A DNA stretch of 64,000 nt from a bacterium (GCA_963644035.1 CAVIMN010000011.1:22387-86386); one strand, 5' to 3'; shown: positions 42,979 through 52,241, counted from the stretch's first letter. Program-made: numbers and translations. The notes: generated by a model not told the origin, from the sequence alone.

Positions 42979-43132
42979 ACTTCTACACAAAGAACTCGAT
43001 TTCTTGCCGCATATTTTCTCTATCATCGTAAGAATGGCATTGTTCACGCTTAATAGAATTGTTAGTGGAAACGATTTCTTTTCGAGCGTGATGCAATAAA
43101 TTGCTTTTATCTCGAAAAAAATGTCTGAAAAG

Positions 43133-43163
43133 TTTGTTGGTAAAGATTTATTGACTATCTTTG
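43133..43163 (+). promoter_or_regulatory. Bacteroidetes sigma-A promoter, cassette 2
   Basis: TTTG-N19-TATCTTTG. Confidence 0.75.
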
Positions 43164-43214
43164 CAGTGTTAAAGAACAAAAGAAATAAAATATAAATTTA
43201 AAACTAAAGCTATT

Positions 43215-43577
43215 ATGAAAAAGTTCAATAAAACTCTCGCCATCGCATTTTTTGCAGTAGTATCAGCATTCTCTTTCCAGAGTGCAAGTGCAGCAACCTC
43301 TGCTGAAATGGATTCCGATCCCGAAGCATGCATCCTTTTAGCAAGCGAGACAAACAACGAAGTGTCTTTTGCAAATTGTATTGGTCCAGAGTGGAGTAGT
43401 GTGGATAAGTTGATAGAAAACCATGACGCGAGAGTAATCATTGTTACAGTTGGTTATGAGTTGTATAAAGAAAGGAAAGCGGGTGAACTGACCGAAGAAA
43501 GAAAATCTTGGTATCTTCTGTGGCTCAGAGGTTTTGATTGCCCAGAAGAGGTGATAGAGATATTGTTTACCGCATAA
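43215..43577 (+). CDS. Small secreted hypothetical protein, copy 2 (120 aa)
   Basis: First 54 aa identical to copy 1; C-half aligns without gaps at 28/66 identity. Confidence 0.8.
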   Translation: MKKFNKTLAIAFFAVVSAFSFQSASAATSAEMDSDPEACILLASETNNEVSFANCIGPEWSSVDKLIENHDARVIIVTVGYELYKERKAGELTEERKSWYLLWLRGFDCPEEVIEILFTA

Positions 43578-43656
43578 TGAAACGGTGCAAGATGTCGGTG
43601 ATTAGCAAAGAAACGTGAATTGCTAAATTACCCCTTTTTAGAATAAGAAGACTTTT

Positions 43657-43705
43657 ACGGGAGATTCGCGACAACGATGATTGTGCGAATTTCCCGTTTC
43701 TCTTT
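43657..43705 (+). terminator. Intrinsic terminator, cassette 2
   Basis: ACGGGAGATTCGCG...TGCGAATTTCCCGT followed by a T-rich tail. Confidence 0.75.
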
Positions 43706-43813
43706 GTCTTCTTAAAGACTATTCTTACTTTACTACTGTTTCGTTAACGTCAATAAGTGTTGCTTTTTGAAACAGTTGAATTTCAGTCTTTTATAGCCAT
43801 AGCTAAGAGCGGA

Positions 43814-46579
43814 TTAGTGCGCTTCTAGCCAGTTCTTTCCCCATCCGCTGTCGGCAACGAGCGGTACACGCATGTGGAAAGCATTTTGCATCTCTTCCGT
43901 TACGATGCGCTCTACATTGTCGTGTTCTTCGGGAAGCACACTGAAGTTAAGTTCGTCGTGCACTTGAAGAATCATCTTTGACCTTATTCCTTCCTTACGG
44001 AAGCGGTGGTAGATGTTGATCATTGCTATTTTTATTATGTCTGCTGCGGTGCCTTGAATGGGAGCGTTTATGGCGTTGCGTTCGGCAAAGCCGCGCACGG
44101 TGGCATTTCGGGAGTTTATGTCGGCAAGATAGCGGCGACGGTGGAAAAGTGTTTCCACATATCCGTTGGCACGTGCCACTTGTTTGCTCTTTTCCATATA
44201 TTCCTTAACCTTAGGGAATGTCTCAAAATATCCCTCGATGAGCTTTTTTGCTTCATCACGGCTGATATCAAGACGTTCAGCCAGTCCGAAAACCGTTATG
44301 CCATAGATAATTCCGAAGTTGGCGCGTTTGGCTTTTGTTCTTTCGTCGCGAGTTACCTCGTCAATGCCTTTTTTGTATATTTTTGCGGCCGTGGCGGAGT
44401 GTATGTCATAGCCTTCACGAAATGCTTCAATCATGTTTTCGTCACCGCTGAGGTGCGCCATTACGCGGAGTTCTATCTGACTATAGTCGGCAGAGAAAAA
44501 GTCACATCCTTGTTCTGGCACAAAGGCTTTGCGTATTTCTTTGCCGTCTTCGCCCCTTACGGGGATATTCTGCAAGTTGGGGTCGCTTGATGATAGGCGT
44601 CCGGTTGCGGTAATCGTCTGATTAAATGAAGTGTGAATATGTCCTGTTTTCTTATTTACCAGTTTTGGGAGGGCATCAACGTATGTACCAAGAAGCTTTT
44701 TCAATCCTCTATGCTCCAGAATGTCTGCCACAATCTCATGCTTTCCTTTTAACTGTTGCAGCACTTCTTCGCTCGTGACGTATTGACCTGTTTTTGTCTT
44801 TTTAGCCTTTTCCACTATGCATAGCTTGTCAAAAAGAATTTCTCCCACTTGTTTTGGAGATGCAATGTTGAACTCTGTGCCCGCAAGTTCATAGATTCGT
44901 TTTTCAATATCGTGCATTCTATTTGTTAGAACAGTCGATGTTTCTTTTAGTGAAGCGGTGTCAAGGCAAACACCGTTCATTTCCATTTCTGCAAGTACAG
45001 GCATTAGTGGCATTTCAATGTTGTAGAACAATTCTTCTGCGCCGAACTTTTTAAGTTCCGGCTCAAGCTTGTTTTTCAGCCTTAGTGTGATGTCGGCATC
45101 TTCTGCAGCATATTCATAGACTTCAGTAGGGGAGAGGTCACGCATGTTCTTTTGCCCTTTTCCCTTCGGTCCTATGATTTCCTCAATGTGTATTGTGCGG
45201 TAGTCAAGATAAATCTCAGCCATATAGTCCATGTTATGTCTGAGTTCAGGTTGAATGAGGTAGTGTGCAATCATCGTGTCAAACATTTCTCCGCATACCT
45301 CTACGCCATAGTTGTGCAGAACTTCAATGTCGTATTTCATGTTCTGCCCGATTTTCAAAATATCTGCATTTTCATACACAGGTTTAAAAATGTCAATTAT
45401 TTTTCTTGCCGTTTCCGGCTCGTTAGGAACAGGAATGTAATAAGCCTCTCCCTCCTTGATGCAGAAGCTTAATCCTACCAATTCTGCCTCGATAGCGTTC
45501 GTGGAAGTCGTTTCTGTGTCAAAACTTATAAATTTATTTGTAAAGAATAAATCACTAAGTCTTTGCATATCCTCCACATTATCAACTAGTTTATATTCGT
45601 GAGGTGTTGTTTTTATGCTCTGAGAAGGTCCACTTTTTATTGTTTCCTCTCCGTCGGTCGAATTATCGCCAAAGAGATCAAGCTCACTTGTAACCTTTTT
45701 TGCTTGTTTTTTAGGTTTGTTAAGAAATCTATCTGTGAAGGTTTTGAACTCAAGTTCATTGAAAATTTCTATTACTTTCCGCTCGTCCGGTTCTGAGACT
45801 TTAAGTTCGTCGAGATTAAGCTCAATGGGGACATCAGTTTTTATTGTTGCAAGAAAACGTGAGAACTTGATTTGCTCTGCGTTTTCCTCAACTTTTTTCT
45901 TAAGTGCGCCTTTCAGCTCATCGGTATGGTGGAGTAGGGCATCAATGCTTCCGAACTGGTTAATCAGTTTAACCGCAGTTTTCTCTCCCACACCAGGACA
46001 TCCAGGAATGTTGTCGGCAGCATCGCCCATTAGTCCCAGCAGGTCTATAACTTGGTCGGGAGAGCTTATACCATATTTTTCTTTGATACCTTCAGCGTCG
46101 AGTGTTTCGTACCCCCCTCCATGACGAGGGCGGAACATTTTCACGTTGCCTCCCACAAGTTGTCCGTAGTCCTTATCAGGTGTAAGCATGAATGTTTCAA
46201 CTCCTTCGCGGTCAGCCTTTTTTGCAATAGTTCCCACAACGTCATCTGCCTCATATCCCTCAACCTCAAGTACGGGTATGTGCATTGCAGCCAATATGTC
46301 TTTTATTATGGGCACCGCCTTACGGATATCTTCGGGTGTTTCTTCGCGTTGTGCTTTATATTGTTCGAAGGCTTCGTTACGGAACGTCGGACCATGAGGG
46401 TCGAAGGCAACACCAATGTATGCAGGATGCTCCTTTTGCAGAACCTCGTGAAGCGTGTTGCAGAACCCCATTATGGCACTTGTGTTCATGCCTTTCGAGT
46501 TTATGCGTGGATTTTTAATGAATGCGTAGTACGAACGATAGATCAGTGCATATGCGTCAATGAGGAATAGTTTGTCCAT
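43814..46579 (-). CDS. polA: DNA polymerase I
   Basis: 5'-3' exonuclease (LFLIDAY), proofreading domain (FDTETT), polymerase motifs ADYSQIELR, KRANFGIIYG and QVHDE; ATG at 46579. Confidence 0.97.
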   Translation of the reverse strand: MDKLFLIDAYALIYRSYYAFIKNPRINSKGMNTSAIMGFCNTLHEVLQKEHPAYIGVAFDPHGPTFRNEAFEQYKAQREETPEDIRKAVPIIKDILAAMHIPVLEVEGYEADDVVGTIAKKADREGVETFMLTPDKDYGQLVGGNVKMFRPRHGGGYETLDAEGIKEKYGISSPDQVIDLLGLMGDAADNIPGCPGVGEKTAVKLINQFGSIDALLHHTDELKGALKKKVEENAEQIKFSRFLATIKTDVPIELNLDELKVSEPDERKVIEIFNELEFKTFTDRFLNKPKKQAKKVTSELDLFGDNSTDGEETIKSGPSQSIKTTPHEYKLVDNVEDMQRLSDLFFTNKFISFDTETTSTNAIEAELVGLSFCIKEGEAYYIPVPNEPETARKIIDIFKPVYENADILKIGQNMKYDIEVLHNYGVEVCGEMFDTMIAHYLIQPELRHNMDYMAEIYLDYRTIHIEEIIGPKGKGQKNMRDLSPTEVYEYAAEDADITLRLKNKLEPELKKFGAEELFYNIEMPLMPVLAEMEMNGVCLDTASLKETSTVLTNRMHDIEKRIYELAGTEFNIASPKQVGEILFDKLCIVEKAKKTKTGQYVTSEEVLQQLKGKHEIVADILEHRGLKKLLGTYVDALPKLVNKKTGHIHTSFNQTITATGRLSSSDPNLQNIPVRGEDGKEIRKAFVPEQGCDFFSADYSQIELRVMAHLSGDENMIEAFREGYDIHSATAAKIYKKGIDEVTRDERTKAKRANFGIIYGITVFGLAERLDISRDEAKKLIEGYFETFPKVKEYMEKSKQVARANGYVETLFHRRRYLADINSRNATVRGFAERNAINAPIQGTAADIIKIAMINIYHRFRKEGIRSKMILQVHDELNFSVLPEEHDNVERIVTEEMQNAFHMRVPLVADSGWGKNWLEAH

Positions 46580-46717
46580 AGCAGTGTATAATAGAAATTT
46601 CTTTTGCTTTTTAATTATAAACAATTATCTTTTATTCATGATGAATAACGTGTAAAGTTACTGTTTTTTTCTGATAAATCGGATAAAAGCACTAATTTTG
46701 TAGGAAATTAAAAATAG

Positions 46718-47695
46718 ATGGATTATTTATCACGCATCAAACATCCTATAGAGAGTGAACTTAGTGACTTCAACTCTTTGTTCTGTGAGTCTCTTTCGCA
46801 TACCGACGGCTTGCTTTCGCAGGTGCTAGCATACATACGCCAGCGCACTGGCAAGCGTATGCGCCCTATGCTCATTCTGCTTATGGCAAAGAACTTCGGT
46901 AATGTGAGCGACGTAACCCAGAATGCAGCCGTTGGATTGGAATTGCTACATACGGCGAGTCTTGTGCATGATGACGTGGTTGACGAGAGTGATGAGCGCC
47001 GCGGGCAGGCTTCGGTCAATGCCGAATACGACAATAAGGTGGCAGTCCTTGTTGGCGACTATTTGCTTTCCACGGCTCTTCTGCGTGTTGCTCTTACAAA
47101 TAACACGAATATAGTTAAATATCTTGCAGAATTAGGCCGCACACTTGCTTCCGGAGAGATACTTCAGCTCTCGAATATAGCAAATCAGAATATCTCCGAA
47201 GATGTTTATTATCAGGTAATTAAGCAAAAGACAGCGGCCCTGTTTGAGGCTTGCTGTGCTATCGGGGCTTTGTCTGCTGGCGTTTCAGACGACGTGATAG
47301 AGAGGGCAAAGAGATTTGGGCAAAATCTTGGTATTATATTCCAAATCCGTGATGATATTTTTGACTATTACGACTCTTCAGAGATAGGAAAACCGACGGG
47401 TAATGACATGGCTGAAGGCAAGCTAACATTACCTGTTATATACGCTTTGAATAGTGTTGCAGATGATGACATGACGCATCTTGCATATAAGGTAAAGGAG
47501 CGCACCGCTACTTCCGAGGAGATATCTCGTCTTGTTGCCTTTGCAAAAGATAATGGGGGTATAGAATATGCCCGTAAGCGAATGGAGGATTTCCGTCTTG
47601 AGGCGGAGGCTTTCATTGAAGGATATGCTTCAGACGATGAAATACGTGACAGTTTGAGTGCATATCTTGAATTTGTTGCTCGTCGCGACATATAA
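46718..47695 (+). CDS. Polyprenyl diphosphate synthase (IspB/HepT family)
   Basis: Motifs GKRMRP, HDDVVD..RRG and FQIRDDIFD. Confidence 0.92.
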   Translation: MDYLSRIKHPIESELSDFNSLFCESLSHTDGLLSQVLAYIRQRTGKRMRPMLILLMAKNFGNVSDVTQNAAVGLELLHTASLVHDDVVDESDERRGQASVNAEYDNKVAVLVGDYLLSTALLRVALTNNTNIVKYLAELGRTLASGEILQLSNIANQNISEDVYYQVIKQKTAALFEACCAIGALSAGVSDDVIERAKRFGQNLGIIFQIRDDIFDYYDSSEIGKPTGNDMAEGKLTLPVIYALNSVADDDMTHLAYKVKERTATSEEISRLVAFAKDNGGIEYARKRMEDFRLEAEAFIEGYASDDEIRDSLSAYLEFVARRDI

Positions 47696-47726
47696 TCCTA
47701 TCGATAAGAAATCATCCAAATAAACA

Positions 47727-47769
47727 AAAAGATGTGCAGTCGTTTTTATATTTCGGCTGCGCATCTTTT
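47727..47769. terminator. Bidirectional intrinsic terminator
   Basis: AAAAGATGTGCAGTCG...CGGCTGCGCATCTTTT between convergent genes. Confidence 0.75.
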
Positions 47770-47828
47770 CTCTTTATATATAGTGCCGACGGAAACCCCA
47801 AGTGCTTGCTGTCTGTCGGCATTTATAT

Positions 47829-48764
47829 TTAGAAGAATTTGATTTCCTGTCCTTCAATCTCGCTCAGAAGCATGTTTGCCAGTCGGCTTGTTCCAAGACG
47901 GAACCATTTGTTTGTGAGCCATTTTTCGCCTAGAACCTCTTTTACTATCGTGTAGTAGATTAAAGCATCCATAACGCTATTAATGCCTCCAGCGGGCTTA
48001 AAACCTATTTGTATGCCCGTTTCGTCGTAATACTCTTTTATAGCCTGGCACATCACGTAAGCAGCCTCTGGTGTTGCAGCCGGCTCAAGTTTGCCTGTAG
48101 ATGTCTTTATGTAGTCGGCACCTGCGTACATAGCTATAATCGAGGCTTTCTTTATGTTTGAAGCCGTCTTTAGGCAACCTGTTTCAAGTATCACCTTCAT
48201 TGCCTTGTCGCCGCAGGTCTGCTTCAGTTCGCTGATGTCGTCGGCTACGCCCTCGTAGTCGCCACTCAAGAACTTGCCAACCGGCATAACGATGTCTATT
48301 TCCGTAGCTCCATCTTTAATTGCCAAAGCCGTTTCTGCCACCTTTACTTCAATGAGTGCTTGTGACGAGGGGAAGCTGCCCGACACGCATGCTATTTCAA
48401 CACCGTCAATCTCCAACGTTTCGCTTACTACTTTGGCGTAGCATGGATACACGCATATTGTGGCAACATGAGGAAGATCGCCGTATGCCTCGTCAAACTG
48501 GTTTACTCTTTCTGTGAAAGCAAGCACACTTTCCTCTGAGTCCGTTGTCTTCAGTGTGGTCAGTTCTATGCTTCCCATTAGGAATTTCTTAACGTCAAGA
48601 GTGTCGTTCTCATGAACTTTCTCAGCAATTATTTTCTTTACCGCATCGCGAACTTGAGCATCGTCGATGTTGGTGTTATACTTTGCCAGAGCGGCTTCGT
48701 ATTTACTTTGAGGCTGGTTTTTCTTGTTCTCCATACCAGTAGTAGTTGTCTTTTCTGTTGTCAT
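47829..48764 (-). CDS. deoC: Deoxyribose-phosphate aldolase
   Basis: Motifs GATEIDIV, KVILETG, IKTSTG, GFKPAGG and RLGTS. Confidence 0.95.
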   Translation of the reverse strand: MTTEKTTTTGMENKKNQPQSKYEAALAKYNTNIDDAQVRDAVKKIIAEKVHENDTLDVKKFLMGSIELTTLKTTDSEESVLAFTERVNQFDEAYGDLPHVATICVYPCYAKVVSETLEIDGVEIACVSGSFPSSQALIEVKVAETALAIKDGATEIDIVMPVGKFLSGDYEGVADDISELKQTCGDKAMKVILETGCLKTASNIKKASIIAMYAGADYIKTSTGKLEPAATPEAAYVMCQAIKEYYDETGIQIGFKPAGGINSVMDALIYYTIVKEVLGEKWLTNKWFRLGTSRLANMLLSEIEGQEIKFF

Positions 48765-48871
48765 TTTCTTATTTATTTATTATATGTTATGTTTTTCTTT
48801 TGGCTTGATTATGTAAGGGTAGGGATGTTCCTCCTTCATATCCGCATATATCGGCTATATGGGAGCATATA

Positions 48872-49198
48872 TTAGTCTTTTAGCTTACTGTTGTTAATAT
48901 GCCTTTCAGCGTCGCGTAAGGTCTTTTTCTTGAAGCTACGTTCAAGTTCCTCCGTCAGGTCTACGCTCGTTTGGTTGGCAATACAGATAAGCACCCACAG
49001 CACGTCGGCCATCTCTTCACCCAGATTGTCTTTATCAGTCTTCTTGAAGCTCTGGTCGCCGTAGCGGCGTGCCATAACGCGTGCCAGTTCGCCCACTTCT
49101 TCCGTGAGGCAAGCCATGTTGGTAAGTTCTGAAAAATATCTCACTCCGTAGGTCTTTATCCATTCGTCTACGGCTTTCTGCGCTTCCTTTATTGTCAT
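48872..49198 (-). CDS. MazG-like nucleotide pyrophosphohydrolase
   Basis: LTEEVGELAR...EEMADVL motif. Confidence 0.9.
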   Translation of the reverse strand: MTIKEAQKAVDEWIKTYGVRYFSELTNMACLTEEVGELARVMARRYGDQSFKKTDKDNLGEEMADVLWVLICIANQTSVDLTEELERSFKKKTLRDAERHINNSKLKD

Positions 49199-49211
49199 TC
49201 TCGATAAGTGC

Positions 49212-49664
49212 TTATTCCTTGTTTTTTGTGTCCATACAGATTGTTACAGGACCGTCGTTGAGTAGCTCTACTTTCATGTCGGCTCCGAACTCTCCGGTGG
49301 CTACCTCTTTCCCTAAAGTATTAGACATTTCCTTGCAGAAAAGTTCGTAAAGCGGTATTGAAATCTCATGCGGTGCTGCCTTAATCCACGACGGACGGTT
49401 GCCTTTCTTGTAAGATGCCATCAGGGTGAACTGGCTTACCACGAGAATCTCTCCACCTTTGTCCATAATAGAGCGGTTCATTACTCCATTTTCGTCATCG
49501 AACACCCTCAGATTGGCAATCTTTTTCACCAGCCATTCCACGTCTTCTTTTGTGTCCTCAGCGCATACGCCGAGGAGTATCAGAAATCCGTGTCCTATGG
49601 CAGACTTTATTGTGCCGTTAATGGTTACGGAGGCTTTTGTTACACGTTGTATTACCGTTCTCAT
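49212..49664 (-). CDS. dtd: D-aminoacyl-tRNA deacylase
   Basis: Motifs VIQRV, VSQFTL and NDGPVT. Confidence 0.95.
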   Translation of the reverse strand: MRTVIQRVTKASVTINGTIKSAIGHGFLILLGVCAEDTKEDVEWLVKKIANLRVFDDENGVMNRSIMDKGGEILVVSQFTLMASYKKGNRPSWIKAAPHEISIPLYELFCKEMSNTLGKEVATGEFGADMKVELLNDGPVTICMDTKNKE

Positions 49665-49741
49665 TTTCTGCTTTTGTTGATGTAATTCTCTACAAAGTTA
49701 GTGTTTTTATTTCATCTTAGAGCCCTTTCCTGCTTATTTTA

Positions 49742-51586
49742 TTAAGCATTCCCCTGCAGATAATTCTTGCTGAAATACTCCTTTAGCACTGAAGCTTTCT
49801 TTTCTCCCACAACCTTTGCCAGTTCCTCGTTGGATGCTTCGCGTATTTTCTTCACGCTCTTAAAGGCTTTCAGCAGCGTTTCCTTAGTCTTAGGTCCGAT
49901 TCCCTTTATCTCGTCCAGTTCAGAGTGCAGGGCATGCTTGGAACGCTTGTCGCGGTGGAACGTTATAGCGAAGCGATGCACCTCGTCTTGTATGTGCGTG
50001 AGAAGATGAAAAAACTCGCTGTCGGTCTTCATTCCCACCACCACGGGAGGAAAGCCATAGAGCAGTTCGTTAGTGCGGTGGCGGTCATCTTTGGCCAATC
50101 CTGCGATAGGTATATTGAGTTTCAGTTCTCCTTCAACAACATCCCTTACAACCTGCATCTGACCCTTACCTCCGTCGGTTATTATTAGGTCGGGAAGAGG
50201 TTGATTTTCCTCAACGAGTCTTGAATATCGCCGCCTTACAACCTCTTTCATTGAAGCATAATCGTCAGGTCCTACCACCGTTTTAATGTTGTATTTCCTA
50301 TAGTCTTTCTTGCTTGGCTTCATCTTCTTGAAAACAACGCAGGCGGCAACGGCATCAGTGCCGCTGATATTTGAATTGTCGAAACATTCAATTTGGTATG
50401 GCATCCTAGGTAGCTTCAGAGCTTGTTGTATTTCCTTCATCAGTCTCACGGCTTTTTGCTCAGGATTTAGCTTTTCAGCCTGCTTCATCCTGTCGAAACG
50501 GTACTGTTTTCCGTTCATTTCAGATAGCTCCAGCAGTGTTCTCTTGTCGCCCCTTTGCGGAACTGTGAGCGTTATGCTCTCAAGGGGCAGATCAATCTCG
50601 TGGGGAACAACAATTTCCCTTGATGTACTGCCCAGTTTCTCCCTAATCTGCATGATGGCAAGCGTTAGAATCTCGTTTTCATCTTCGTTTAACTTCTTCT
50701 TGAATTCAAACGTGAAAGCCTGGTTAATGTTGCCGTTAGTAACGTGGATATAGTTCACAAAGGCGATGTTCTCGCTGTCTGTAACGGAGAAAACATCCAC
50801 ATTATTTATAGTGTGGCTCACAACCTCGCTCTTGGAGCGGAAAGAATCCAGCAGAATATATTTCTTTTTAATCTCTTCTGCCTCTTCAAAGCGCAATTCT
50901 TCCGCCAGTCTCTGCATCTCGTCGAAGAGGGTTTTCTGCACGTCTCTCGTGTTGCCCTTAAGAATCTCCCTGGCTTGGTTTATTGCGGCAATGTATTCAT
51001 CGTGCGTCTGCTTCCCGATGCAAGGCCCGTTGCAGTTCTTTATATGGTAATCCAAGCAGGGCTGAAATTTTCCGGTCCTCACACCATCTTCTGTGAGCGC
51101 AAGACGGCATGTGCGCGGCTTGCAGAGCTTCTTTATTATGTCCAGGAGAGCATACATCGTCCCGAGGTGACTGAACGGACCATAAAAGGTTCCGAATTTT
51201 TTATTCACGACTCTAGTCTTGAAAATGCGCGGATAATATTCTTTTGTAATGCAGATGGAAGGGTAGGTCTTGCCGTCTTTAAGAAGAATGTTGTATTTAG
51301 GTTGGTATTTCTTTATAAGATTGTTTTCAAGAAGCAGTGCGTCTTCTTCGGAGTTCACAACGGTATATGTTATATCCCATATCTTGCTTACAAGGATCTT
51401 AGTCTTGTATCTGTCAACCTCCTTGTGGAAATATGAAGACACGCGGTTCTTCAGATTCTTTGCTTTGCCAACGTAGATTATAGTACCTTCTTTGTCGTAG
51501 TATTGATAGCTTCCCGGCTTGCTTGGCAGGTTGCTTACAATGCCACGAAGATGCTCTAGACGCTTTTCGTTCTCTTCTTTCGTCAT
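49742..51586 (-). CDS. uvrC: Excinuclease ABC subunit C
   Basis: GIY-YIG domain (IYVGKAKNLKNRVSSY), ECFDNSN, TDGGKGQ, QDEVHRFA and HhH; ATG at 51586 preferred. Confidence 0.95.
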   Translation of the reverse strand: MTKEENEKRLEHLRGIVSNLPSKPGSYQYYDKEGTIIYVGKAKNLKNRVSSYFHKEVDRYKTKILVSKIWDITYTVVNSEEDALLLENNLIKKYQPKYNILLKDGKTYPSICITKEYYPRIFKTRVVNKKFGTFYGPFSHLGTMYALLDIIKKLCKPRTCRLALTEDGVRTGKFQPCLDYHIKNCNGPCIGKQTHDEYIAAINQAREILKGNTRDVQKTLFDEMQRLAEELRFEEAEEIKKKYILLDSFRSKSEVVSHTINNVDVFSVTDSENIAFVNYIHVTNGNINQAFTFEFKKKLNEDENEILTLAIMQIREKLGSTSREIVVPHEIDLPLESITLTVPQRGDKRTLLELSEMNGKQYRFDRMKQAEKLNPEQKAVRLMKEIQQALKLPRMPYQIECFDNSNISGTDAVAACVVFKKMKPSKKDYRKYNIKTVVGPDDYASMKEVVRRRYSRLVEENQPLPDLIITDGGKGQMQVVRDVVEGELKLNIPIAGLAKDDRHRTNELLYGFPPVVVGMKTDSEFFHLLTHIQDEVHRFAITFHRDKRSKHALHSELDEIKGIGPKTKETLLKAFKSVKKIREASNEELAKVVGEKKASVLKEYFSKNYLQGNA

Positions 51587-51626
51587 TTTCTCTAAGTACT
51601 TGTTATTCTGATAATTTGTTTTAATT

Positions 51627-51642
51627 TGTTTCACGTGAAACT
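51627..51642. promoter_or_regulatory. parS: parS site (1 mismatch)
   Basis: TGTTTCACGTGAAACT versus consensus TGTTNCACGTGAAACA. Confidence 0.8.
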
Positions 51643-51869
51643 TTAAGCACACATCCCGTCTGCTCTTTTTCTTGACGCTGTCTGCAGGTGGGGCTGACGC
51701 TTTGGCAAAGATAATAAACAGAAGCCGTTTGCGCAAGTCATTTCTTTTCTTTGTCGCTTGTAGGCGTGCCCTGTCGTGGGGTGGAAGGTGCGGTTTTTGA
51801 TTAGGTATGCCAACGGGTATATATGTATGGCTGCGGGCTTTTTGTTTTCTTTCTTTTCTGTTCTTGTTG

Positions 51870-51926
51870 TTTATAACAATGCCGTTCCTTTTTATAACAT
51901 TGCGGTTCTTGTTTTATAACATTGCG
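51870..51926. repeat. Three imperfect direct repeats (TTATAACA[A/T]TGC), period 21-22 bp
   Basis: TTATAACA at 51871, 51892 and 51914. Confidence 0.75.
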
Positions 51927-52181
51927 ACGTGTTGGGTATTCCTTTCTTCGGCAGAATAAAAATATAAGGATGTAGTGTAAATGTTAGAAAGGTTTTATGT
52001 GAAAAGGATATTGCTTTAATAACCTGTGGATGGAATTCCTGAATGGCTTGCCTTTTGTTTTTGATTGTATCCTTTCTGCTTTATTTGACAACGTTGAAAA
52101 GTTTGTTTCTTTTGTCGCTTGCTGAAAATTCTAATTCTTGTTCGTTTCTTTGTTTTAGCTCGCGGAATTGAAACGGCAAAT

Positions 52182-52209
52182 AAAAAGGCGCAACTTTACG
52201 CTGCGCCTT
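52182..52209 (-). terminator. Intrinsic terminator after apt
   Basis: AAAAAGGCGCA...TGCGCCTT. Confidence 0.7.
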
Positions 52210-52241
52210 AAAAGAATTCTTAATTTCGGTATTTATTCTCG

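Larger units (their letters stand above)
42272..43377 (+). repeat. Direct repeat pair 42272-42465 / 43184-43377 (194 bp, 1 mismatch)
   Basis: Manual alignment at offset 912; covers the 5' UTR and the first 54 codons of both small genes. Confidence 0.95.

Noticed and set aside
42303..43577. Diversity-generating retroelement (TR/VR pair) as the explanation for the paralogs
   Set aside because: Differences involve all four bases rather than adenines only, both copies are intact genes with their own promoters, and no reverse transcriptase is present in the window.
51587..51736. Upstream extension of uvrC
   Set aside because: It spans the likely promoter and the parS site; UvrC similarity starts at MTKEENEK (51586).
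51870..51926. CRISPR array
   Set aside because: Only three short adjacent repeats without unique 30-40 bp spacers, and no cas genes.
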